A stretch of DNA of 64,000 nt from Octopus bimaculoides (taxonomy: Eukaryota), in the NCBI RefSeq assembly GCF_001194135.2, contig NC_068983.1:123849151-123913150 (forward strand), read 5' to 3'. How positions within the stretch are numbered: the first letter of the stretch is position 1; every line of letters starts with the position of its first letter. Below, piece by piece: positions 1-9,989 of the stretch. A model generated the notes under the pieces. The model ran no database searches. It had not been told where the DNA came from and saw only the letters and a program-made list of their open reading frames with translations. The position numbers and the translations under genes were made by a program.

Positions 1-599
1 GGGTGACTCGCAGAGATAACATAACGAGTTATACAATTTAATTATTACATTTATTGTTCAATTACATACAAAGAACGCATTCACCCAATGTTCGTTATGA
101 ATAAACAAAAGTCATGTCCGCCATATATATATATCAATGACCTTTTACTACGACAGTCCCACAAGACAACAACAATGAAACAATGAACTCAAACGAACCA
201 CATGACACACGGAACGTCAGACGAATTACATATCTAACAGTCCATATAACAGGTGGTGAAGACGTCGGCACTGGAACTGGCTGTAGCTGTGTTCTGTATG
301 TGTGGTCAACGACCAGACCTGTGAGAGATCTGGAATCGAAGACGACGACCGTCGTTGGATCGGGCTTATTTATAGCTGAAACAGGGATCACCGGAAACCC
401 AGAAGAACTCTATCTCATGTGACTTTATCCTAAGGTCACGATTGGACGTAATGCCCCCTTAGCAAGCAGAACATGGGGACAAATGCCGCGTAAATAAGAA
501 CCAATCAGGATAGTGGACAGAAGGATCCAAGGCAGCCTAAGGCTAGATGTTAGCAGCTTCGTTATCATTTATGATTGAATGCCCGAGAGAAAGGTTTCA

Positions 600-1046
600 C
601 TACAAGTCCTTTAAGTTTGGTAGGGGATAACGATTTGGCGTGATGATAGCATTAAATCTCCTGTCATCACCAACGGATCTAAAATCCGCTTCACCCTTCC
701 GAGCTAAGTGTAGCGGAGATGCCCAAGGGCTAGTAGAAGGACGTATGAGACCAAGCTGGAGCATGTACTCGAATTCAACGCAAGCTTTCTTGAGCTTGTG
801 TGGTGCTAGTGTATGTGGACGAGAGAAAATGGGTGAACCAGTTGTTGTAATAAAATGTTGAGTCAAGTGAACTGTCTGGGTAGGCTTAAATGATAGATCT
901 GTTAACTCGAGAAATGAGGCAAGCAGAGTATGGAACTGGTTATTGGCAGCAGCTACAAAAAATGATGGGACGAGGATAGCAGCAGTAGATTCACATGCAG
1001 GCGTAGATAAAGATGTGGTAGTATCCACAAGTCTGTTTTCTGACAT
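600..1046 (-). pseudogene. Gypsy reverse transcriptase N-terminal fragment
   Basis: HFITTTGSPIFSRPHTLAP..EFEYMLQLGLIRPSTSPWASPLHLARK..FRSVGDDRRFNAIITPNRYPLPNLKDL is the typical Ty3/Gypsy RT start (IxPSxSPWASP; R.CxDYRxLN; DRYPLP); stop at 600-602. Confidence 0.92.
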
Positions 1047-1284
1047 CTACCAGAAGTGAGTAGAGGTGTAAGAAGTCCGCCCCAAGGATAAGATGTGGCA
1101 GGTCAGCGATGACAAAAATCCATTTAAAATCTCGACGCAAGGCAAGGTCTAGAGTTAAAGATATCTGACCGTAGGTTTTGATGGGAGACTGGTTCACTGC
1201 ATATAATGAAATACTTGATAACTGTGGCTTGTTAGAGCTGAACCATAACGGCAAAATACTGTAACTTGATCCTGTATCGACCAT
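991..1284 (-). pseudogene. Gypsy retropepsin (aspartic protease) fragment
   Basis: VDTGSSYSILP catalytic DTG motif, then LDLALRRDFKWIFVIADLPHLILGADFLHLYSLLVDV (ILGADFL); frameshifted relative to RT. Confidence 0.92.
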
Positions 1285-1327
1285 GAATGTCTTGTTTGAG
1301 ACTAGGCCCCTAATGAAGAAAGCACGA

Positions 1328-2116
1328 TTAGCTGAAAAGTTGTGAGAATTCTGACGTGCCCAAGCTCTCTAGGTTCAGTTTTCCCACATTAAAAGTACGA
1401 GGCTTGTTACAACAACGTGCCTTATCATGAAAACGTGCATGGTACCAACACACCGAAGAATTGTTGGTTGAAAAAGTGTTATGTCGTTTAGAAGAGAAAG
1501 AATGGCTTCGCGAACGCTGTCTAACACGACAGAATTGAGATATTTGGCGCGTTAAACCATCGATAGCCTTCAACATGGCGTCTCCATTTTCATTATCAGG
1601 CTGTTGTCGAGAAGACGATGAAGCAATAACCGAATCAGTTGCAGTGGGTCTGTGAGAAAATTCCATTATCTTGTCTACAGACGAAGCAATTTGATCTATA
1701 GTGTTGGTGTTCACCATATTCACCAATATAGTCTGTACATTAGTTGGTAAGCGGGAAAAAAATATTTTCTTTACGAAGAAGATATCCGTCACTGAGTTCT
1801 CTGATGCGCCTAAGAAATTCTGAAGTAGGTTTGTCACCCAGGTTCTCATCCTGTAACAATGCACGCGGAAACGCCTTTCTGCTGATTTAGAATTTCTGCA
1901 TAGTATTTCTGTTCTCAGAGAATCGTAGGTCATGCTTTGCGGAAGATCTGTGATGATATCTTTAACGGTGTCTGCTAATATGGCAGGAATCCCACTAATA
2001 AGCAGGTGTAGCTTTTGTTGAGCGGCTTGTATACCATGTGCTGTGAAATAAGAATGAAGCGGTGCAAACCATAGCTTAGCATCGCTGGAATAAGCTGGTA
2101 TGGAAATGTTACTCAT
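1328..2116 (-). pseudogene. Gypsy gag-like frame (262 aa) with compensating frameshifts
   Basis: YSSDAKLWF..., FFSRLPTNVQTIL and CWYHARFHDKARCCNKP match Gypsy gag; across ~1765-1870 the gag-like text (RALLQDENLGDKPTSEFLRRIREL) lies in a different frame from the annotated ORF. Confidence 0.85.
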
Positions 2117-2326
2117 GATTAGGCGTGATAAGTGACTTTCTTATTTGACGCGGAAAACACGAAATTATTTCAAAACTAAAATATCAGAGATGCTGGTAGA
2201 GTAATGTAGAAATTATCTTGAAAAGTGTAGTATGGCATCGATTTACCATGTGCTGTGGTTTGCGTATTCAAAAAGTTGGGTTTACTATTTTATAGTGAAA
2301 TGTCCACAGTGGCTATCATGTTCTTG

Positions 2327-2341
2327 ACGTCGGGTTCACCA
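2327..2341 (-). other. Primer-binding site complementary to the tRNA-Trp 3' end
   Basis: Minus strand TGGTGAACCCGACGT versus canonical TGGTGACCCCGACGT (1 mismatch), about 210 nt upstream of the gag ATG; partial second copy GGGTCACCA at 2400-2408. Confidence 0.8.
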
Positions 2342-2581
2342 TTTTATAGTGATGTCAATTAAGTGACATCCTATAATCTAATAAGCATGAGAGAAAGAAG
2401 GGTCACCATTTTGTACGTAATGACAAGAAAATAAGAATTTGTGAGACGTTTGTAATAAGTCATAACACATTTATTACCGGGGGTAATGCGTTAACATATA
2501 AGGTTAATTGAAGGATGGAGGCGGTTATCCATGCCACTTACACTTCTGGGAATATTTTTAATTTTTATTCAGGCCTTCCTT

Positions 2582-2978
2582 CTAACCAGATACAGTGGCA
2601 AAAACAGTATACTTCCACTTTGCAGGGTTCTTGGCTGACTCGAAACGCACTTCTATTGCCGCAAACCTTGTGCCTCTGGCCAGGTATTTGATTTCATTCA
2701 ACACCTGCCTGAGGCATTTTTCGATTGTTGATTCTTCTAATTGTTCAAATCTTTTTTTTTTTTTTCTTTTTTTTTTCAGAATTGAAGACTTCATAAATTA
2801 TGGTTTTTTCTTTGGTTCTGGTTATCATTTCCCCAGGCGGCGTCAGTTTGCTTTGTCCTTCGGTTTCTGTAATTAGTCCGAAATACTGTTGTATTTCCTT
2901 TTTTTTTAATTAAAATTTTTCTCCTCCGCCTACAGCAGCGGCAAAATTCAACTTCTCTGGCTGTTTGACCAAAGCCAC
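2582..2978 (-). pseudogene. Decayed retroelement ORF1/gag-like coding remnant
   Basis: VALVKQPEKLNFAAAVGGGEKF*LKKKEIQQYFGLITETEGQSKLTPPGEMITRTKEKTIIYEVFNSEKKK, frameshift in the A-tract (~2752-2776), then RFEQLEESTIEKCLRQVLNEIKYLARGTRFAAIEVRFES. The NFAAAV motif and RRM-like pattern resemble LINE ORF1; the family assignment is an inference. Confidence 0.5.
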
Positions 2979-3211
2979 TTCACAATAATAATAATTTCAC
3001 AGAAAAAATACAAGAATAGTAAAATAGTATTCCGCGAGGACCGCAATTCAACAATTCACACAAAAAGTTTTCTACCCCTCCCCCAAGAGGGAGGACAACA
3101 AAAATTATTCACAATAAAATAATAAAATGTTTCCCCTGAGGAAACCACAAACAGAAAAACAAATTCCTTTGAAAGATGACACACAATAGCAAAAATTAAC
3201 TCCTTACTTAC

Positions 3212-3257
3212 TGAATGAATAATCAAAACAGACAGACATGACCAATAAGCAATGAAT
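3212..3257 (-). other. Putative short non-coding first exon (Inr-like CCATT/TCATT to GTAAGT donor)
   Basis: Inr-like A at 3257 or 3253, about 32-36 nt from the TATA; TTCA|GTAAGT donor at 3211-3206; no ATG-led frame of note. Confidence 0.5.
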
Positions 3258-3281
3258 GGCGCGAATTTAAAAACGTGTTCC

Positions 3282-3289
3282 TTTATATA
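3282..3289 (-). promoter_or_regulatory. TATA box (TATATAAA)
   Basis: Minus strand CTTATATAAAGG, 36 nt downstream of the HSE array. Confidence 0.7.
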
Positions 3290-3298
3290 AGGGATGAA

Positions 3299-3329
3299 CC
3301 GGAAGTCTGACTTCCACGTCAACCGGAAG
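3299..3329. promoter_or_regulatory. ETS-type sites (CCGGAAGT 3299-3306; CCGGAAG 3323-3329) flanking a UPRE/CRE-like box (minus TGACGTGGA, 3321-3313)
   Basis: Exact motif matches packed between HSE and TATA in a locally CpG-rich segment of an otherwise CpG-poor window. Confidence 0.55.
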
Positions 3330-3359
3330 CTTCTAGAATGTCCGAGAACTTTCTAGAAG
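3325..3359. promoter_or_regulatory. Heat-shock element: 7 contiguous alternating nGAAn pentamers
   Basis: gGAAgc TTCta GAAtg TCCga GAAct TTCta GAAg: six perfect units and one single-mismatch unit at exact 5-bp spacing. Confidence 0.88.
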
Positions 3360-3443
3360 GTCGATGGAGATTACTCTCGTTAAATCTCTTTTTCGTTTTG
3401 CTTTCCTGCTTGACTGCCAAGGTTCACTACACATGCTTTGAAT

Positions 3444-3630
3444 AAACTCCTTGAGAACAAATATCTATCATATTTAAGATATATCCTTTTCTTCTTCTAT
3501 GGACAAACTTATTGAGAACAAATATCTATCATATTTAGAATATATTTTTTACTTTTTCTACAAACTTCTTGAGAACAAATATAGATATTATTTAGAGTAT
3601 ACCTTTTGATTTTTCTATAAATAAACTTGA
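3444..3630. repeat. Three diverged ~58-60 bp tandem repeats
   Basis: Core AAACT..TTGAGAACAAATAT(C/A)(T/G)AT..TATTTA repeated at ~3444, ~3505 and ~3562. Confidence 0.8.
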
Positions 3631-3844
3631 ATACTCCCAGGAAGTGACTTCCAGTAAGCATGACCATCTGTAGTAGCTGGAAATTTTCCAGCTTTATCCC
3701 AGTATTTTCTTCCAGTTGGTTAATGTATATTAAGTGAAGCCTTGCTTGTAATCTATTGCCGTGAGTGGGCTTCCATAGCAATAACTGATTTGCTGTCTTT
3801 TTTGCATCTTCAATAGTGACCTATAAACCATCATATATACAGAA

Positions 3845-4030
3845 TGTACATACACACGTGCACACACACATGTGAACACACACACACATACAAATGTGCA
3901 CACGTTTATGCACACACGTGCACATACACATACACAAACACTTACACACACATACACATACACACACGCATGCACACAAACACACACACAAACATACATA
4001 TATACATACATACATACATACATACATACA
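3845..4030. repeat. Compound (CA)n/(TACA)n microsatellite
   Basis: Direct reading; explains ORFs 3730-4083, 3821-4027 and 3844-4050. Confidence 0.95.
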
Positions 4031-4101
4031 TGATGGCTGCCCACTTGTGACTGAACAAAACTATTACTGACCTTTAGGAGCATTGTGCACTCAAGACTAC
4101 C

Positions 4102-5040
4102 TTATACTTCACACTTCGAGCTACATTGGTGTCTAACGAGCCCTGCTCTTGACAAACATACACAACTGCAAACATTGCAGACCAAGATTTCCCCATTCAT
4201 TACACCAGCAGTGCGTTTTTGAGCAGCACACTTGAATTCTTCATGAAGAATACGTGCTCTTTCAAAGGTATCAACTCCCTCCTTTACCTGTTTCTTCCAT
4301 CTGTGGTGATGACAAACATTGCTTTCCCAGTCAGCTTCCCACATTTCTCAGGCCTTTAATGAGGACTTTACACAATCTTTAAATTGCAGTCTTGGCTTCT
4401 GCTGGGGTCACTTTCCACTAACAAGTTCCCCATATAGTATCTGTTTAGGGATCCTACTATCATTCATTCTAACAAGGTGTCTAGTCCAGTGTAACCAGTG
4501 TTTGTGCACTATCACCTCAATACTCAGGATATTGGCTTTCATCGGGACCTGTGTATCTGGAGTTTTTAAGGTACAGCCAACATTCAGAATGTGTCTCGGA
4601 TATCTCTGAGGGAAGCGTTCAAGGACCTTTACATGACGTTTGTAAAGGGTCCATGTTTCACATGAGTAAAGGAGCAATGTCAGTACACATGTAGTACACA
4701 GCAACTTTTGTTCACCTTATGATGCTATGTTGGGACCAGACATGAGGTTCAAGAGACCTGAAGGAATCAGTTACTCTCTGCACCCTGAAAGATATTTCAT
4801 CATCCAGAGAGCAAGAATGGCTGAGTGTGCTACCCAGGTAGACAAACTTGTCTACCACTTTTAGTATTGTTCTTTCAACCAAGATAGCTGGTTCCACATA
4901 TAGGTTTCCTGGTGCAGGCTGGAATGTTACAACAGTCTTGTCCAGGCTAATGCTGAGTCCAAAGGCCTTGCAAGAAACAGAAATATGATTCACAAGTATT
5001 TGCCCAACCTTGCCCAACAAGAAGTCCGACCTTGTCACGC
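4102..5040 (-). mobile_element. RTE-clade LINE 3' fragment (RT thumb to C-terminal C2H2-like finger)
   Basis: SLDKTVV, VDKFVYLGSTLS..LDDEISFRV, LLYSCETWTLYKRH, RMNDSRIPKQILYGEL, CNVCSCVCLSRAGLVRH; frameshifted. Confidence 0.92.
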
Positions 5041-5522
5041 TACTATGTCACACTGATCCTGCTGGAGAATTATGTTAAGAGTACGAGTGTCTGTGGAGTA
5101 CTCAGTTATGTACACTATTATTCAATGAAAAAATAGTTTGTTTGATTAAACAACATTAATATTCATCAATAAAAAATCCATTTTACTTTTTTTTTTAATG
5201 TTTCAAATGAATAATGGGAAAAATATATCAGTTTAGTTTTGATATTTTCTTCTGGTGATTCTTTGTGGTTTTATTTATGATAGTAAAACAATAGATTTGT
5301 CTCCAAAACAACTTTTTGCTCTGTTTTCAAGTATCAGATCTAATCTTTTCATTTCCATCTTGCAAACTCTGTCTCGCCGTTTTTCTATTTCTATCTGTCA
5401 GTCATTCTGTAATATAAAATCCCCAGAAAGTTTTATAACATTTATTTCTTGATGATGATGATGATAACACAAGAACAATGATATTACTGGATTTAATAAC
5501 CTTTTCTACAATTTTATTTTAG

Positions 5523-5570
5523 ATATTCTTATGGGCTGGGACAGTCCACACTTCTTAAACAGCAATTCTG
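5523..5570 (+). CDS. Candidate internal exon (phase 1-1) of the unknown plus-strand gene: (D)ILMGWDSPHFLNSNS(G)
   Basis: ATTTTATTTTAG acceptor, open 48-nt frame, TG|GTATGT donor; phases compatible with the 9393 and 17433 exons. Confidence 0.55.
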
Positions 5571-5829
5571 GTATGTAAATACAAGGGGTGCATATTTATT
5601 GAATGTACCTCTTGTGACAGCACATCCTTTATCAATATATGCCATGTAGATGCACATGTGTTTAACATCTCGATTGTTAATTTAACATAGATAGAGCCAT
5701 TTTTTTTTTTCATTTAATCAAAGAAGAAATATTATTTATAACCATTGGAGATCAACATGTTTGATGAATGAATTTCTGCAGGTTCATCTTTATAGAAATG
5801 ATGTGAACAAGGAGAGAATTGGAGATGAT

Positions 5830-6070
5830 TGTCTTTTTGTTTTCCTTTTAGATTGCTCTGAGGGAAGGGGCTGTGCTGATAGTCTTCATAAGCCCTTTAA
5901 GAGCAATGAGATTGTTGCTTTTAACAGACCACTTAAACTGTTGCAAGTTGGGCCTTGCAGAAATGATGTAATCAGGTAATCAGTGAAGGAATTCCTAAAA
6001 GCTGATGATCTAAGACAAAAAGACTAAGAGAAGTGGTTAACATGAGATCTGGTGGGATCAGATGTAATAT
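5830..6070 (-). mobile_element. CR1/L2-like LINE 3' end remnant
   Basis: Degenerate translation ..LPDYIISARPNLQQFKWSVKSNNLIAL resembles the LWNxLP...xLxxFKxxV end of CR1/L2 ORF2. Confidence 0.45.
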
Positions 6071-7859
6071 GGGGAGTGAGAGGAGGCAAGAAGACTGAAT
6101 CAGTAGTACCTGAGTAGAGACAGTAAGAGACCAGCCAGCTTTGAGGAGTAAAGGCTATTATGGTAGCAGAGAAAAAGGTGGAGAGAAGAGACAGTATGTC
6201 TATGGGTCAGGGGCTGGAGTATGTTATGAGCAACTTTATATCATTCAATCAGGTTATTTTTCTCTGGATGTGGTATCCTAATCACACAAAAAGCAGGGAG
6301 CTTGGCTTTAATATATTTGTTAGGAGCAATGTTTATGATGCTATATGTAAATGACCAAAATAGAAATATTACATTAAAATCCCAAAGCCAAAAGCAATTA
6401 TAAAACTCCCATTGGAATTAAATACCATATTTTCTGGTTTACAAGTCAGATTTTTCAGACCAAAATTTACAGCCAAAATAGGAATGTCAATTTATACATC
6501 AAGACTGCTTCAGAGGGCTAAAAATTCCATGTGAAATGCAGCAGGATTTGGAAAGATGATGATGTTTGCATGTTTACACTTTACATTACATCAATTTGTT
6601 TGCTTGAAAATATGGCAGGATCATAGCACACCTAAGAAGACTTAGACTAAACTGCCCAGAAGAGGTCTAATAATTTCAAAACACGTCTGTAGTTGCCATC
6701 TTACTTCTAATAAAGATCAGATTGCCTCGCTAAAAATAAAAATTCAGTTTCCAGTTGAATTACTTATTAATTTTTTGAAATTATCTCTCTTTTTTCTTGT
6801 GAATTTCTAATGCTTACATTTAGGTTTTTAGTTGTTGCTTTATTTCCACCTAGGAAGCAAATTTCAGTTCATTAAAAATGTTTTTCCTTACAACATTCAG
6901 TAACATCAGCAGCTACCTGAAGTAATGAGAATGCAGTTTGTTTTTACTGTTAATGTTAATAACTTGTTTGTTTATTTTTTGTTTGATTTTTGGGGATTTT
7001 TGTTGTTGTTGGTGGTGGTAGTGGTTAAATATCAATGTTTTTTTTGCCATGCTTACAGATTCTATACATTGCCTTAGTACCTTAGTTCATTCTAAACACC
7101 TTCTATATAATGTATCTACATATTCTACATATTATGTCAACATCTCTACACTGTGCCTATGTATTCTACACAGTGTCAATACCTTCCATACACTGTCCTA
7201 ACACTTTCAATATACTGTATCTACATAGTCTATGCACCAAATCAACATCTTCTACACCTTGTGTCAACTCCCTCTATACATTGTGTAAGTTCATTCTACA
7301 CACCTGTTCAATACATTCTGTATACATTTCTTGATGTTTGTACCACTTACATATACAATGTTATATTATACGCGACCTGCCTGGTGTCTATTCTCAGTTC
7401 ATTCTAATATCTCAGGTGATTTGGTACCTATTCTGGATCATCTTGTCCCTATTCTCAGCTGATCTAGTATTCAACTGATCTGTTACTTATTCCCCTAAAA
7501 GTTAAGTGAAATAAAGTTTACTGGCATGAAACATGATATTATGCTAACAGCAGATTTTAACTCATGATCTATGAGTAGATGGTCTCTTGGTCATCCCACC
7601 ACTTCTATTTATATAAAGCTCAAGACTAGACAAATGTTATCAGTGTTAATTACTATAAAATGTGAGTGAAATATTAAAACAGCCTTTGATTTCTCTTCAG
7701 TGCAAATGTGGTCACTATAAATTTTTAAAATGGCTCTCTGTCAGTTATCACAATATGTTCTAGTTGGTTCAATCAACAGAATAACCTGCTCATGAAATTA
7801 ACATGCACGTAGCTGAGCATTCCACTTACATTTTACACTAATTATCATATGGTGACCAC

Positions 7860-8085
7860 ATGAAGGCATGTGGTTGAGTGTTTAAGTTATTCAACTCATG
7901 ATTGTAAGGTTATGTGTTCAATTTCCAGTGACATATAGTTTCCTTGAGCAAGACACTTTATTTCATGTTGCTCCAGTCCATTCAGCTGGCAAAAATGAAT
8001 TGTACCAGTATTTCAAAGGGCCAGCCTTGTCACAAATTGTGTCATGCTGAATCACCCTGAGAACTACATTAAGAGTACACAAAGC
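7860..8085 (+). mobile_element. tRNA-headed SINE-like repeat
   Basis: GCATGTGGTTGAGTG (A-box-like), GTGTTCAATTTCC (B-box-like), then TTGAGCAAGACACTTTATTTCATGTTGCTCCAGTCCA; 7733-7910 recurs at 10535-10702. Confidence 0.65.
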
Positions 8086-9392
8086 ATCCTACTTCTCCCA
8101 TTTTATGTCCTAAAATCAACTGACTCCACTGTTAAATCCACCATGCTAACTTGTCCTTGATGTAACATATGAAAATTAATATTTCACTGAAGTCCTGATG
8201 AGTACAGCTATTATTCTATAACACATCATTAAAACTACACCTGAGTGGATTATAACCAACCATTGTAATATATTATTCCTCAATGTTTTAGGAAAAACAG
8301 TTCTTACTCCTTCAACAGCTACAAGTAAGTACTCTTTTACTTGTTCCTTCTTTAGCTTTTTCACAATTTACTTCACAATATTAATCTACAATGATATTAA
8401 TTTCCAAAGTAATCCTGAAAGTTTGAACTCACATTCAGTTACTATAAATAAAAGAGCTTTTTTCCTCTTTGAGCTCCCACCAGTATTCACCTATCTGCTC
8501 CCCTACACTACGTGCCATCTCCCCTTACCCTGGGGAGATGGCATGTAGCATAGGTGAACATTGGTGGGAGCTCAAAGAGGAGAAAAGCTCATCAATGTTC
8601 TACCAACGTGCTCAATTAGAACATAGTGGCTCAGTTAATAACAGAGATGTTAAGTTATTATCAATGCATAGAACAGACATGACACTTAGACAGATTACAG
8701 AGGCCACAAACATAGTAATAGACAGAGTGAGCCTCAACAGAAAACACGAATGAAACAATAACGCCTACCACCACTACACTACACAACATAATGACTAAAG
8801 ATAGAATGGGAGATAAAAAGGACACAGATACAAACAGTATAGTAAGCAAACCCATATACACACACACAAAACATACATACAAAACACAGACACATGTGCA
8901 CATACACACACACACACACAGATACAAATGCAAATGCATGCACAGATAAGGTTACACGCCATAGAAAAACAGAATGGACTAAACAGAACAGGAAGAGAGA
9001 CATGGAATGGAGAGTTGCTGAAGAGGTCACAAGTGGGTGACAAAAGATTTCCAGACAATAGACATAAAATAAGAACAATAATAAACAAGTGGAGAACCAA
9101 TATATAGTGCATGTGTTTATTTGGCAAGAAAAATAGATGACCATCCCAAAATATAACAATAACTTTCATCTTGTTTTCATTCTTCCTGAGGCTTTAATAA
9201 CCACTATTTAAAAAATGGTTCATATTTCTATTTCTTTTTCTATATTTGAATCTTGAGAGGGGTTTACTAAGTACCAGTGATATACTAGGGTAGATTAAGC
9301 CAATTGTTCAAACACTGTTTTTGTGCTCATTTCAGAAATCCAGATTTCTTTCTGAAGTGCATCTAACAATATGACAAACATCTTTATTTCAG

Positions 9393-9457
9393 CAACAACA
9401 TTGTCATCACCAACAACACGTGAGTATAATCCCACATTGCAGCCCTCGTCTCAACAT
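9393..9457 (+). CDS. Candidate exon of the plus-strand gene with two possible donors (end 9419, phase 1; end 9457, phase 0): ATTLSSPTT[REYNPTLQPSSQH]
   Basis: TCTTTATTTCAG acceptor; AC|GTGAGT at 9420 and AT|GTAAGT at 9458; open in the phase-1 frame. Confidence 0.4.
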
Positions 9458-9989
9458 GTAAGTTGTTACCTTTCTTCATCACACTTTAACCAATAATAAT
9501 AATAACGAATAAAAAGTTTCGAATGGTACAACAATGCACTATAATATTTTTTTAAATGGACTATATACCTGTTGTAATTTAGTTAACTATAGTCCGATGA
9601 TATTTCGGAATTACAATTCCTTCTTCAGATATTCTTAGATGGAGTCTCTGCTATAAACTGTTTTCCAACAGTTTTCTTTTTTTTGGAAGCGTCTCAGTAG
9701 TTGTCTCACGAAGCTTCTTCCGGAATTCCTCATGAGAAGTGCGTGAGGTCGGCTATGTTTCAGTCTCATGTGTGTTGGTACATCTGTAGCGCTGCTTCTA
9801 AGTTATGTGTTATACGTGCAGCTTTTTTTTGCCTTTTTTTTTTTTGTTATAAACAATACATGAGCATGTTATTAAGAATGAACCTACATACATCCAGATG
9901 TAGTTAAATAATATATTGATTACCAACCTCCAGCCTGTTGTTAATTTGGGGTCCTAGTCTGTGTATGAGTAAATAATAATAATTAGTTC

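Larger units (their letters stand above)
600..2341 (-). mobile_element. Decayed Ty3/Gypsy LTR retrotransposon internal region (PBS-gag-protease-5' RT), truncated within RT
   Basis: Ordered minus-strand gag-like, DTG protease and RT N-terminal frames, broken by frameshifts, with a tRNA-Trp-type PBS upstream; no RNase H or integrase seen after ~600. Confidence 0.93.

Noticed and set aside
134-422. Overlapping ORFs 134-391 (-) and 183-422 (+)
   Set aside because: No recognisable motif or splice context; they lie in LTR-like sequence next to the Gypsy remnant
1328-2116. gag ORF as an intact or domesticated gene
   Set aside because: Open only through compensating frameshifts that scramble the conserved LGD-KPS-FLRR region; kept only as a low-ranked finding
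2574-2683. Plus-strand exon-like segment (TTTATTCAG|..CCAG|GTATTT, phase 1-1, GLPSNQIQW..)
   Set aside because: It is the antisense of the ORF1-like remnant, and an open 110-nt frame is easily obtained by chance
3730-4083. ORFs rich in CV/HT repeats, also 8661-9169 and 7110-7407
   Set aside because: Translations of (CA)n/(TACA)n and CT-rich simple repeats
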